From an uncultured virus (IMG/VR IMGVR_UViG_3300009128_000001) (taxonomy: Duplodnaviria; Heunggongvirae; Uroviricota; Caudoviricetes): 64,000 nucleotides of DNA. The notes below the pieces were generated by a model. It did not search any database. It saw nothing but the letters and a program-made list of their open reading frames with translations, and was not told the DNA's origin. The stretch lies in the IMG/VR virus record IMGVR_UViG_3300009128_000001. One strand, written 5' to 3'. Shown in pieces: positions 45,939 to 57,800 of this stretch. Positions within the stretch are counted from its first letter, which is position 1, and every line of letters begins with the position of its first letter. A program made the position numbers and the translations under genes.

Positions 45939-46760
45939 TTACGGGAGATCTTTCATCGGCCACCATGTTAAAGTAAACCTACTTCCAGGTTCAAAAAAAG
46001 CACCAATATTACCATCAACTTGTATGGAGGTTATCTGATCTGCTTCTAAACGTAAAAATGAATGTGATGTAACAACAAAATCGTCGCCACCAAAATTTTC
46101 CGTATGTCCTGACAAAGTGTTTGCAAATATCCAATCATATGATTTTAATGCCCAAATCCAAGTCTGAAACCAACCCTCATGAATTTCACCATCGCCATTC
46201 CTAATCCACATAATTGGATGCGCTGTAGTTCCAGAAGTATGATCTTCGGAGATAGGGCCGCCTGGTAATTCATATCGTGTTTTTTCAATTCTATATTGTT
46301 CATTAACAGTTCCAGGATTACTATTAATATCAAGCTCAATCCAATGCGGAACTCCGGCATTATCTCCCTCAAAATAACCGGTCAAACAATAGGCAATATC
46401 CTCGTCGCCATTAATCCCAGTAAAATTGATTATTTGCGTTGGCACCCCCACTAGAGCGGTTCTTATTTGAACCATAGTTTCATCAATGTGTACCAAATCT
46501 CTATCCAAAGTGTGTATATAGGCCCTGGGACGCCCATTTCCGCTGCCTGTGGTCATTCCCAAGTCACCGGCCTGAGAGGTACCATTTGAGCTAGACCATC
46601 TCAAAATATCTGTAACTGGCGTAAGATCTGGACTCCAAGTTATTGTATTTTCTCCTACTTTCAGATTTTTAAACGCACCACACACAGCACAACGCTTAGT
46701 TTGTTGCCATGGCCATAGCCAAACATGCTTTCCTCTTTTTTTACATATACCAACGCTCAT
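45939..46760 (-). CDS. putative fibre-tip/receptor-binding protein, paralogue 2
   Basis: Same modules as 45110-45925. Confidence 0.6.
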   Translation of the reverse strand: MSVGICKKRGKHVWLWPWQQTKRCAVCGAFKNLKVGENTITWSPDLTPVTDILRWSSSNGTSQAGDLGMTTGSGNGRPRAYIHTLDRDLVHIDETMVQIRTALVGVPTQIINFTGINGDEDIAYCLTGYFEGDNAGVPHWIELDINSNPGTVNEQYRIEKTRYELPGGPISEDHTSGTTAHPIMWIRNGDGEIHEGWFQTWIWALKSYDWIFANTLSGHTENFGGDDFVVTSHSFLRLEADQITSIQVDGNIGAFFEPGSRFTLTWWPMKDLP

Positions 46761-46773
46761 ATATTGCCTTAAA

Positions 46774-47580
46774 TTACGGTATAATCTTCATGGGCCACCA
46801 AGCTACAGTAAACCTAGATGCAGGCTGAAAAAATCCGCTAGAATTTGCATCTATTTCAATTTGACTAAAATCTTCCACTCTAAACATCCTAGTATAAGCG
46901 TGCGATGTAACAATAATATCATTCACGCGATGCTCTGTAAATCCTGATTGCGTATTAATAGTTAACCAAGCCTGATCGTCAATAACCCAGAAAAAAGACT
47001 GAAACCAACCCTCATGAAGCTCTGCCTCATCATCGAAATCCAAATACATTATGCCATGAGCATTATGGCCAACATGATTTTCGGAAGTGGCACCCCCAAT
47101 TGTATATCGTGTGCGCTCAATAACATCATAATCCGTGCCTGCTACTGACCACCCGGCCGGACGCATTTCAATTAGAGTGCTCGTGCCGTCATTTCTGCTT
47201 AGAAACGAACCAGAAACCGCAACAGCAATATCGACACCGCTAGCATATATATTCATTGTAACAACTGTTTGTGGTGCGCTTAATCTTTGCGTTTCCATCT
47301 GCACCATTGACTCATCTATATGAATTAAATCTCTGTCATTTAAATGAATATATGCGGAGGGTCTGCCGGAGGAGGTGTCCATCCCTATATCACCTTCGTT
47401 AAGAGCCGGCTGCGTTCCGGACCAGCGCATAACATCACCTACACCGCCTGGATTAGCAGATATAGTGTTCTCTCCGGTACACAAATTCTTTACAGCCCCA
47501 CAAACAGCACACCTTTTAGTATGCTGCCACGGCCACAACCACATATGCTTACCAAGTTTTTTACAAAGTGTTCTACTCAT
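46774..47580 (-). CDS. putative fibre-tip/receptor-binding protein, paralogue 3
   Basis: Same modules as 45110-45925 (HEGWFQSFFW variant). Confidence 0.6.
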   Translation of the reverse strand: MSRTLCKKLGKHMWLWPWQHTKRCAVCGAVKNLCTGENTISANPGGVGDVMRWSGTQPALNEGDIGMDTSSGRPSAYIHLNDRDLIHIDESMVQMETQRLSAPQTVVTMNIYASGVDIAVAVSGSFLSRNDGTSTLIEMRPAGWSVAGTDYDVIERTRYTIGGATSENHVGHNAHGIMYLDFDDEAELHEGWFQSFFWVIDDQAWLTINTQSGFTEHRVNDIIVTSHAYTRMFRVEDFSQIEIDANSSGFFQPASRFTVAWWPMKIIP

Positions 47581-47592
47581 TTGTTATCTTTA

Positions 47593-50500
47593 TTATACAT
47601 ATAATACTTCAATATAAGCACCAGCAAGTTCTCCAGTATAACTTCCGGTATAAGTTACCTCTATTACATAAATACCAGGATCTGGAACAAAATGACTTGA
47701 AGTCCTATGTTCCCACGAGGTAGAAGATGTAGTCGTCGCACTTCCAGCTATAGCGCTGCCGCCAACTTCTTTAATTTTAACAGATAAAGTTCCGCTAGTA
47801 GTTATTCTTCCTACTATGTGTAATAGGCATTGTAGTCGCCCGGCAGGCCAATCATCTGATGGCAAATAAACGTAACCACCCTCTTCTGATGCCGCCCCGC
47901 TTATATCTGTAATGATAGCAAAAAGCGGGAATGTATAGACTGTTCTAGATCTAAGAGGAAGCGATCTAACTCCGTCAGACTGACACTCTACAAACCCATC
48001 ATCTCCAGCGCCTGCACCACCACCGGCGTCAAGAATAACATTACCACCATCACTACCACTATCGGTTGTTGTCTGTGCCTGAAGCGTTATATTTCTTCCG
48101 GCAACATCGCTATCATCTTCCATTGTAATTAGAGCGGTATCATCACCATTAAACGCAATCTTGTTATCTGTACCATCGTTTATGACCCTAAGTACTGTCG
48201 TGCTACCAGTTGTCATAGTTATATAATTACGGGTTCCACTTCCCCACGTTCCAGAAGAAATTTGAACTCCACCAGCAACATCACCTGACCCACCGCCACT
48301 ATTTCCGCCTTGAAGGATTAATGTACCAGCATTAGCATCAGTAGATGTTTGTGCTCTTAAATAAAAATTATCACAGTTGCCTGAAGCATCGGCCTGAGTT
48401 ATAAGGGGAATAGCAACGTCTGCCCCAAATGTTAGGTCGCTACCATCCGAATTTACACTAAGCAAAGCACTAGCTGCATCGTCCTGAATTTCAAAAAGGT
48501 TTGCTGTCTGAGATCCGGCCGCCATAATAGTGATGGGCGTTTGGGCTGCTTCTTGCGCTTCAAAGAAACAAGTCCCGCTAGTACCATTACCATCCTTAAG
48601 TCCGGGCTCGAAGTTGATATTGCCACCACTACCATTTGTATTGGTTGAAGTTCCGCCTTTCAGCACTAGCGCGCCACCATCATTCTGGTCGTTTCCTTGA
48701 GCCGCTATTGTGAAATTAACTGATGCCGCCCCAGATGTTTGCGAGTACTGCCTTAACTCCGGTGACGTCATATTTGCATTCATCAACATGTCGCCTGTGG
48801 CAGTATTGATATCTAGACACTTGTCTCCATCTTGCTGTCGAATCTGGATGTACGAGCCATCGAGGTATACCTGGCCCGCTATGCCACCCTGGGGAGTGCC
48901 GCCCTTTAGGTGAACATCTCCACCACCATGCGCGCCACCCGTCCCAGCATTACCACCATTAAGGTTAAGTGTTCCGCCATTGCCACCAGTTGTTGACGAC
49001 TGCGCAGAGATAGTAAAATCAACACCACCTGTCGAAGCTGCCGAAGTTTGGCTAATCGCTAGTGAAGTCGGGCCGTCCACAAACGTGAGACTAGTTGCCC
49101 CATCAACATCAGGAGTTAAATTAAGAACCTCTACATTTTTCTCATAGAATCTGATAGAATCACCAGTTCCACAATCTAGCTGAACAATTCCATCAGTCTT
49201 AAAGCTAATATAATCATTAGCAAGTAATGAAATATCCGCAGTAGATGGGGAATTGGTGACATCCAATGTGATAGAACCAGAATCATTCCTGATAAACGCA
49301 TCATCTAAGAACCACAAATAACTATAATTTCCATCATGACGCATATACGCGATATCAGTTGCGCCACCCCTGAAGTAAACAGTTCCGGCAGTAGAGCCCG
49401 CATCACCAACACCACCGCCAAGTACCACATTTCCACCATTACCCGTATCAGTGGTCTGCGCTAGAACATACAGGTGATCTCCAGCGCTACCAGTGCGGTC
49501 TGCTTGTGTAATAACCGGATCATCTGTGGCCGAATCAGAAAATTCCAATCTGTCTACCGTGTTAGTTACCGGGGTTAATACATCAGAGCTTCTTGTCCAC
49601 TCAGCGGTTCCAGAGCCCGTAGCTATTTGAGCATAACTGCCGCCATTTTCAGAAATCTCAAAATGATTAGTGGAGGAATTATAGACAATCCTTCCCTGAT
49701 TAGAGGAGCTAGCTACAGCATTTTGTCCTGCCGTCAACTCTACATAGGCGCCTTGGCCTGACGGATCGTCTATAGTAATACCAATAGGATCTATATAACC
49801 ATCTACCGTTAACTTGCCGGTAACAGTAAGGTCATTATCTATAGTAACCAGCGTCGGCGTTACCGTAATATTATCTGTTGTCCCATTGCGAATGTATACA
49901 TCACCGTCAGCACCGGCACCATTACCCGCTCCGCCTTGGAGATATAAGTCGCCACCAGCAGAATCCGTGAAACCTCCCTGAGCATACACGGTCAGATTTG
50001 CGCCAGCTCCCGAACCGTCTGTTACATGTCCAAGCGCAACATTTCCCATACTTTCATCAAACAAGATCTGAGTAACATAAGGTTGAATGACGTTGCCATC
50101 CTTGTTCATAAGTAACACATTACTGCCACCACGGCTGAATGTGTAATAACCAGAGCCGCCTGCGCCAACATCAAATGTCATTGCGTCCAAATCATCCTGA
50201 TCTTCACCAATTTCAAGACTATTACCATTCCACTGTAAAATCTGAGCATTGTCGGCATTATCTGTGCGGCCGAACATTGTAAAGCCACTACGAACTCGCA
50301 AATCACCTTCTGTAGATGGATCCGTAGCGCCAATTCGCAGATATGAGGCGTCAGATAGTAGAACATCTCCGCCAAATGTTGCGGTATTTGTTCCAAAGTT
50401 CCATGTCGGATTCCCATTCGCAGTAATAGTGGCAGTTCCAGCCATTGCAAAATCAAGACCGCCGCTGCCAACAGTTAACATGCTATTTGATGAGGCATCT

Positions 50501-53500
50501 TGTAATGCTGCTACGCCTTCTGTATTTCCATCACCAGCTCTAAGAATAGCATCACCGCCCGTAGCAGAGCCGCCATCTGCCCCACCAATTAATATAAGAT
50601 CTCCACCGTTCTGATTGGTAAATCCCTGCTGCGCTACAATTGTAAAAATTTCACCGGCAGCCGATCCGTGTTGAGCCTGATTAATACTAGGCGTTGAAAC
50701 TGTATCGGCCCAGGTCATATTTGAAACCCACGGCTGGATATAGTTGGGATGAACTGTAAGTAAATTAGTACTACCGTTATCTGTCCTTAGAAGAACATAC
50801 CCCTCTGCGCCGGCATCAGTAGGTGTTCCGCCATCAATACAAACACGACCAGCAGCCTTATTGCTTCCGGCGGCACTTCCAGCTTTGAGATATAAAGGAG
50901 CGCCTGCGTCATCGGTACTATCGGGAGCTTGAATAAACAAGCCGTCAGGAGCTGCACCACTGACATCATCAACGCCTATTGTTGGGTTTGAAGCGGTTGC
51001 CGAAAATGCAATCAAATTTACAGTATCATCCGTTGGCGAAAACGTAGTGGTTACCTTTGTCCAATAAGTAGCGCCAGCATACTGCGTGTGATTGTGTGAG
51101 CCGTCTGCGTTACCGCTGTCTACACAAGCACCTAACTTTGCTGCGGTGAGTGCTGCAGGCATTGATTGGCCGGCAATTTGAAAGTCAGCCCCCTGCGGAA
51201 GATCAACCCGTCCAGGAATATGTACAACTGAAGTACTACCTGTCGTGCCAATCCAAATATCTCCACTTGCTGCCGTGTCCAATATACCTATACGAGGATT
51301 GGTTAGATTGGTGTTGATATGAATGAACGGGACGCTGCCAACCATGATCCGATAGGCATTCGAATGGTTATCGGACACCAATATCGTGCCGCTCTTGCCC
51401 GGATCCATATCCAGCGTGTAGTCGCCGGTAGGATCTAGATCAATATCTGCACCTGTAAAAGTAATATTTCCACCATCAACATCCAGGCCGGCATGCATAT
51501 CTACATTGCCAGTCACATCCATAGTTCCGGCGACACCAACCTCCCCAGAACCAGCAAAATTATAAGCAGGATTGTCAGTAGAATTGCCAAATATAAAGGT
51601 TTCGGTATCAGTGTCAATATCAATAAGGACGTTAGATCCGTCATTTATATGGAAGGCTCCGGAGGATCCGTCAGACGCAACAATGGTGACTGTTTGCTCA
51701 TTATCCATGCTTAGATGGAATGTGCCGGTAGGATCTAGATCGATATTTGTACCATCAAAATCAAATACTTGTCCAGCTGATACCTTTAAACCACCAGTAC
51801 ATTCGACTTGCTCGTCATCTGTAGGCGTAAGAACAGATCCGCCGTCTGTCCAAAGTGAGGCGCCAGCAGCAATTTCTTCATAAGCATTATTATTAGCAGA
51901 CATTTCCCAACGCTGCTCTGTCTGGTTGTACCTAATTCTTCCCTCGTCAACGGAACTTCGACCGGCAGCTGAACCATCTCTCATTTCAAAGAAAGCACCA
52001 TCACCAGAAAGTTTGTCCTCAATAATAATAGCTATAGGATCTATATATCCATCTACAGTAAGCTTTCCGGCAACCTCAACATCACCACCAAATGACCATG
52101 TGGCACTATCAGTTACAACGTCAGAACCATCATATTCAAAAGAGGCTCCGCCAGCCATATTTGATCCCAAATGAATTGGAACATTATCAGGAAGCTGCAG
52201 CCCTATGTCATAATTAAATGGACCAGGCACACACAGGAACCCTATACGCAATGCATCAGAATCCGTTTGTAGTGGTAGCGCCCCATATACAGCAATTCCT
52301 GCCGTAGCCGAATCGCCAGCATAACCATCAACCGCTCCTCCCCATACCGTAAAGAAATTCGTGCCAGTTAGGGCCTCATTCCTGGATACAGTTGTGCTAA
52401 CTGCTGATATATTACTACCGTCTCCAACGGTAACAAAGAATTGCACAGCATCATTAGACGAAACAGGTTGTATCGCATTAAACTCTAGAGTATTATCTAT
52501 AGAATCATGGTAGATACGAAAACCTGCTGGGCCAAAGTACATCTCCTGACCGTCAGCCATATAGATGCTACCCCACTCATCTCCCACTGTAGAGCCAAGG
52601 TCACTACCACCAGTAACCATCGGAAGTATATCATGGCACGTTACAGTGCCATTTTCATCTATATCGAAAACAGACTGATCGGTTATATCGAAAACAGACT
52701 GATCGGTATAGCCATCTACAACTTCAAAGTACGGCCTGTTTTGGCCGGCGGCGCCATAAATGGTAAATGGTACGGCATCCGGGCCACCACCATAAGCGCC
52801 CACACCTTCAGATCCGCCGCCATAACCATCACCCATGCCGCCTCGCAATATAAGCCTGCCACCATCTCCTCCACCACCAAATGCCATCGACTGAGCTTGT
52901 ATAGTAAGGTTTGTGGCGTCACCGGGTCCTGAATTATTTTCTTGTCTAATAGTTGGTGCCGGAACATTCTCACCAAATACTACATCACCATAACCATCAA
53001 CCTCAAATAATGTATCGTCAAACTCAGTCATTATCTCAAATAATGGATCTGATTGTCCGGCAAACGATCTAATTAAAACCGGTATAGATTCCGGAGAAGA
53101 TGACTCAAATAAAGACTCACCAACAACACGAAGCTTTTCCGCACTATCTTGCGTAGTCGTGCCGATCAACACGTCCCAACTAGTATTGTTGGTATAAACT
53201 AATCCGGCAGCTTCTGTCCATGGGCTAGTAGAACCGCCTGTGGAAATAGCCACGTAAGGATCACCATTAGCAGAAAGTTCCCACTGAGTAGATACATTAT
53301 TATATCTAATACGACCCTCTCCTGCCAAACTACGGCCAGCAGATTGTCCAGGACCCATTTCTAGGAAAGCATCATCTCCGGCGCTTTCTATAATTACAGC
53401 AACAGGATCTAAATATCCGTCTACGGTTAACTTACCATCTATTTGGACATCACCTTCAAACGTAGATAGTGAAGAGCCAAAATTAAATGTAGGATCGCCA

Positions 53501-54846
53501 GTTGCAGTTACAGTATCTGTGGTGGTAAAGTCTATATTTGAATCAGTAATAATGAGCTTGTCATCTAGATCTACATTAAAATTAATCCTGTTTTCAGATC
53601 CTAAAGTAATCTCATTAGGCCATGGTGCCCAACCAGCATCTGTTCTTCCTACAACTAACTGATCATAACCATCCACATAAAGAGCTTGGATTTCACCATC
53701 ATCCGTGCCATTACGAAATACCATGGCATCGCTGTTGCTCATCCTTAATTGACCAAGTTGTGCTGGGTTGGATCCTATCTCAAGATCAATAGCTACGGAT
53801 ACTATTCCAGTAGCAGCATCTACTGTAAGCCTGTCAGCACCGCCCCCCTGAAATCTTATAATGTTTGAGCCATTTACGCCCATTATTATTTCATTTAGGT
53901 CACCATCATTACCACCAATGATCATATTATCACTGTTATCGACCTTTATACCAGGAATTCCATCACCACCAGCATTTCTTTGCCAATTAATCTCGTCATT
54001 ATTGGACAGCCTGATGCGTCCAAAATCGGCAGGGGCTGCACCTAGATACAAATTCCCTAAAAATGTTGCAGTTCCAGTTCCAAAATGCCAAGTTGGATTT
54101 CCCGTAGCCGTTACACTATCAGTCCCCGGGCCGAGATCAAATAAATTACTTTCAGAATCAAACTCTGCCATAGTAGCAGCAAGGGCTGTTTGTATAAGTA
54201 TAGACCCCTGAGTGTCTCCTAACCCGGCCGCAATTACAACATCACCACCAATTGACGATCCGAGAGTTGCAGCATCACCAGCATACAGATACAAATTACC
54301 AGCTGTTTCGGTATCATCGGTGGTATTTTGCGCGCGGATTGTAAGGTGAGTTGTGCCCCCAGTAGACTCATAATGCAATATATTCGGGCCTGAAACTGTA
54401 GGCTCTATTGTTAAACTACCACCAAAGGCAGAATCTCCAATAACACGAAAACGCTCACCACCAAACATAGATGAACCACCAACAACAACATCCCAAGCGG
54501 CATTATCAGGATACACTATAGTTGCAGTCTCTGTCCACGGCCCAGCACTACTTCCCGTAGCTATACTAACATAAGCACCACCATCAGCCGAAACCTCCCA
54601 TTGCTGAGCACCGGTATTATATCTTATACGGCCCTCATCGGGATTGCTAACATCGGCCAAAGATCCATCACCCATAGCCAAAAAGGCATCGGTACCACCA
54701 ACAGCATCTATAAAAAGATATCCATCGATATGCACAGTTTCATCACCAGATATAGTGGTTGTACCTACCGATATTTTTTCGGGAAATGAAACAACACCAT
54801 CAGTATGAATGATAGTACCATCAATATTATTTTTAGTGAAACCCAT
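47593..54846 (-). CDS. giant acidic Gly-rich modular fibre-like protein (2417 aa)
   Basis: Shares repeat modules with 37505 and 54891 proteins; 9 DGY. Confidence 0.7.
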   Translation of the reverse strand: MGFTKNNIDGTIIHTDGVVSFPEKISVGTTTISGDETVHIDGYLFIDAVGGTDAFLAMGDGSLADVSNPDEGRIRYNTGAQQWEVSADGGAYVSIATGSSAGPWTETATIVYPDNAAWDVVVGGSSMFGGERFRVIGDSAFGGSLTIEPTVSGPNILHYESTGGTTHLTIRAQNTTDDTETAGNLYLYAGDAATLGSSIGGDVVIAAGLGDTQGSILIQTALAATMAEFDSESNLFDLGPGTDSVTATGNPTWHFGTGTATFLGNLYLGAAPADFGRIRLSNNDEINWQRNAGGDGIPGIKVDNSDNMIIGGNDGDLNEIIMGVNGSNIIRFQGGGADRLTVDAATGIVSVAIDLEIGSNPAQLGQLRMSNSDAMVFRNGTDDGEIQALYVDGYDQLVVGRTDAGWAPWPNEITLGSENRINFNVDLDDKLIITDSNIDFTTTDTVTATGDPTFNFGSSLSTFEGDVQIDGKLTVDGYLDPVAVIIESAGDDAFLEMGPGQSAGRSLAGEGRIRYNNVSTQWELSANGDPYVAISTGGSTSPWTEAAGLVYTNNTSWDVLIGTTTQDSAEKLRVVGESLFESSSPESIPVLIRSFAGQSDPLFEIMTEFDDTLFEVDGYGDVVFGENVPAPTIRQENNSGPGDATNLTIQAQSMAFGGGGDGGRLILRGGMGDGYGGGSEGVGAYGGGPDAVPFTIYGAAGQNRPYFEVVDGYTDQSVFDITDQSVFDIDENGTVTCHDILPMVTGGSDLGSTVGDEWGSIYMADGQEMYFGPAGFRIYHDSIDNTLEFNAIQPVSSNDAVQFFVTVGDGSNISAVSTTVSRNEALTGTNFFTVWGGAVDGYAGDSATAGIAVYGALPLQTDSDALRIGFLCVPGPFNYDIGLQLPDNVPIHLGSNMAGGASFEYDGSDVVTDSATWSFGGDVEVAGKLTVDGYIDPIAIIIEDKLSGDGAFFEMRDGSAAGRSSVDEGRIRYNQTEQRWEMSANNNAYEEIAAGASLWTDGGSVLTPTDDEQVECTGGLKVSAGQVFDFDGTNIDLDPTGTFHLSMDNEQTVTIVASDGSSGAFHINDGSNVLIDIDTDTETFIFGNSTDNPAYNFAGSGEVGVAGTMDVTGNVDMHAGLDVDGGNITFTGADIDLDPTGDYTLDMDPGKSGTILVSDNHSNAYRIMVGSVPFIHINTNLTNPRIGILDTAASGDIWIGTTGSTSVVHIPGRVDLPQGADFQIAGQSMPAALTAAKLGACVDSGNADGSHNHTQYAGATYWTKVTTTFSPTDDTVNLIAFSATASNPTIGVDDVSGAAPDGLFIQAPDSTDDAGAPLYLKAGSAAGSNKAAGRVCIDGGTPTDAGAEGYVLLRTDNGSTNLLTVHPNYIQPWVSNMTWADTVSTPSINQAQHGSAAGEIFTIVAQQGFTNQNGGDLILIGGADGGSATGGDAILRAGDGNTEGVAALQDASSNSMLTVGSGGLDFAMAGTATITANGNPTWNFGTNTATFGGDVLLSDASYLRIGATDPSTEGDLRVRSGFTMFGRTDNADNAQILQWNGNSLEIGEDQDDLDAMTFDVGAGGSGYYTFSRGGSNVLLMNKDGNVIQPYVTQILFDESMGNVALGHVTDGSGAGANLTVYAQGGFTDSAGGDLYLQGGAGNGAGADGDVYIRNGTTDNITVTPTLVTIDNDLTVTGKLTVDGYIDPIGITIDDPSGQGAYVELTAGQNAVASSSNQGRIVYNSSTNHFEISENGGSYAQIATGSGTAEWTRSSDVLTPVTNTVDRLEFSDSATDDPVITQADRTGSAGDHLYVLAQTTDTGNGGNVVLGGGVGDAGSTAGTVYFRGGATDIAYMRHDGNYSYLWFLDDAFIRNDSGSITLDVTNSPSTADISLLANDYISFKTDGIVQLDCGTGDSIRFYEKNVEVLNLTPDVDGATSLTFVDGPTSLAISQTSAASTGGVDFTISAQSSTTGGNGGTLNLNGGNAGTGGAHGGGDVHLKGGTPQGGIAGQVYLDGSYIQIRQQDGDKCLDINTATGDMLMNANMTSPELRQYSQTSGAASVNFTIAAQGNDQNDGGALVLKGGTSTNTNGSGGNINFEPGLKDGNGTSGTCFFEAQEAAQTPITIMAAGSQTANLFEIQDDAASALLSVNSDGSDLTFGADVAIPLITQADASGNCDNFYLRAQTSTDANAGTLILQGGNSGGGSGDVAGGVQISSGTWGSGTRNYITMTTGSTTVLRVINDGTDNKIAFNGDDTALITMEDDSDVAGRNITLQAQTTTDSGSDGGNVILDAGGGAGAGDDGFVECQSDGVRSLPLRSRTVYTFPLFAIITDISGAASEEGGYVYLPSDDWPAGRLQCLLHIVGRITTSGTLSVKIKEVGGSAIAGSATTTSSTSWEHRTSSHFVPDPGIYVIEVTYTGSYTGELAGAYIEVLYV
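52660..52707. repeat. perfect 24-bp tandem duplication (TDQSVFDI x2)
   Basis: TATATCGAAAACAGACTGATCGGT twice, in frame. Confidence 0.9.
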
Positions 54847-54890
54847 TACTCAATTTCCTTGTTGCGATTTCTTTGTAATTATTCGAACGA

Positions 54891-57800
54891 TTATAGCTCT
54901 ACTTTTGTAAACTTAACTGTAGCTCCCCACTTTAGATTATTACCCAAAGCACCAGTACAAATGATATCAAGCTCATCATTGCCACCTGTATCAACATCTA
55001 AATCACAGTCCCAAGCGCCCGTGCTTTCATCGCTTATTACTGTTTTATCCGGAGCATTGACCTCAGAAACGGTGCCGCCATAATGTTTGGTTGAATAGTA
55101 AAAATGCCACGAAGCCACATTGCCATTATCGCTATTTATAACCGTCACCAGTATATCAAAAACATAAGACGAGTCATCCTCCAATTGAAGCTCTTGAGAT
55201 ACTCCATCCAGGAACAATCGTGTAGGTGTAGCGTCTGTTGTTTCATTGGACATACCGAACGCTACACCGCTAATCACATCGGCAGAGTCATGTTCGATAT
55301 TTCCATTAATCTCTACTAGACCAGCTCTGCCATTAGCGCCATAACCATCACCAACAACGAGAACAAGATTTCCGCCATTAGTGTCAGCCCCCGAATCAGA
55401 ACCAGGTTGGGCCATAATTGTAAGATCCCTACCATCACCTGTAGTGGCATTTTCCTGAAGTATAACTGGAGTAACATCTGGATTAAATTCAAACAGAGTG
55501 GCATATCCATCAATCTTCAGGGAGGCCATATGCTCAACATAACCGCTATAAAAATCTATACTTCCATTATCTGCGCCTGGGCCGGCAGTTTCTCCACTGT
55601 ATAGTATCAAATTTCCACCATCACCACTTGCCGGATTAGTAGCAGCGCCAGCCAATATCTCCATATCAGCACCATCGCCAGTGGAGCTGCTTTGTGCCTC
55701 TATAAAGAACGAGTCGGCAACGCCTGTAGTATCAGCGTGTGCAATTCTAGCAACAATCCCATCATCAAAAATGAGGTTGCCAGCAGCATTTATTGATACC
55801 ATAACATCGCTTGAGCCATCTTGTATCTCTACGATATTTTCAATTTGACCAGGAGCAGCCATTACTGTAAGCGGAGTATTATTGGCATCGTCACTTTCTA
55901 TTAAGGAACGACCATATGCTTTGAAGTTTTCCGTTCCACTAAGTGCACTATCTCCAATTACAACACTATCAGATACAATCTCTGGATATAAAACGCCACT
56001 AGGATCGCGAGACCAATAACCATCGCCAGCGCCTCCGCCACCTACCAATGGTTGATATGGGTTGCCATCTGATGACTCTTCCCAGCGATTAAGAACCCCA
56101 TTATACCTAAGCCTACCACTACCTGCGGGAGAGGTTAATGCATTCTCGCCTCCCTCAAACTGCATAAAGGCATCATAACCGTCTCCGCCATATAGTATAA
56201 CCCCGCCACCATAACCAGCGCCAGAGCCATCCCCCAGTTCTATGGCAAAATTTCCACCATGCGCAGCGAGACCGCCGTTTGAATCTGCCCTACCGGTACG
56301 GATCGTAACATCTGCACCATCAACTTCTCCACCAAGACTAGCGGCAGCGTCACCAGCCCGGAGTAATATATCGCCTCCGGTATAACTGCCAGCAGAAGAC
56401 GCCATAGCCGAACCAGAAGCAATTGTTATGTCACCACCAGCACCATTATTGAAAGCATTAGCTGCCTGTAATACAATACCGTAACCGTCTGTATCACCAA
56501 GGGCGCCAGTTAACATTACATTTAACACCATGTCTTGATCTAGCGTAACAACAGTACCATCATATGCATGCTGGCCACGCATAGATAACAAGGCACAAGT
56601 GTAAGGATCTTCATTAGTTCCGTTAGATCCTAGTGCGGCAAACGAAGCTACTATACTTTGCGTGCTATCACTTGCCATGGTCCGAGAATTGGCCAATATG
56701 CCGCCTATAATACTTCCACTTCCTAATGCGTCATATCGCTCCATGTCGGCGTATATTATACCAGACTGAGATGCACCAAGAGAACCATCTACCCGTAATC
56801 CAAACTCTCCGCTTAATATGTTCCCAGCATTATTAAATTGCTGCCCCTCAACATGCAGAACTTCATTAGCAGTAGGGGTCATACCGCCTACCACTACGGT
56901 ATCAGCAAACGGCTGCCTTGGATAAATAATTGTTCCATTACGATCCCACTCAGAGTCATAGCCATCATCTGTAGCAATGGGGACATACGGCGCACCATCC
57001 TGAGAGATCATAAACTGCTGTACTGAGGTGTCATAGATAAGGCGACCAGAATTTCCTGGTGAAACAGCTGCATTCTGGCTATCATTAATTTGTAAATAAA
57101 ATTCGTCATGACCTGTTCCAGAAAGAACAACACCACCACCATGGCCACTATAACCATCACCAGGGCCGGTGACCATTTGAACATCACCACCATTGACAGA
57201 TCCTCCCCCTGGCCCGCTAGCTGCCGCGCCAGTATACATTCTGATATCAGAACCAGCTGCCGCTGCATTAGCTCCTGCCGCAGAATCACCAACTATTAAA
57301 TAAATAATTCCAGCACTATACGCACTGCCAGGCGATGTAGCTGTGGCATCCAGACTTTCCATCTCAAGGAATCCGGATCCTCCCTCACCATTTGGATAAC
57401 CAGTGTTTAGACGTATAGGATAAGAACTACCGGGGGTACTTCTGGCAGTACTAATGTTACATGACTGATTTAAAGTCATCACAGCGGTGTCATAATTGTT
57501 GCCAGCCGCTTCATCGCCACTAAACACAAGACCAAACATACCATTGCCGGCTGTTTTTGTTGGAACATCAGCATGAAAAGCCGTCATCCAAACGCCTGAG
57601 TCACCAGCATGATTGACAAGGGCCGTGTTATACGCTGCTATCATCTGGCCAGCAGTAGCCGCAGCATTACGAGTATAAGCTACATCAACACCATAATTAG
57701 TACCAATGGCATCTACCGTTTGATCAATATACAAGCTTCGTCCGCCTGTCACTTGCGTATATTCTATTTCAACCTTAGAGCCGGCAACTGGAGCAACAGT

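Noticed and set aside
45110..47580. Diversity-generating retroelement acting on the three paralogues
   Set aside because: No reverse transcriptase in the window and no near-identical template/variable repeat pair; divergence is spread throughout
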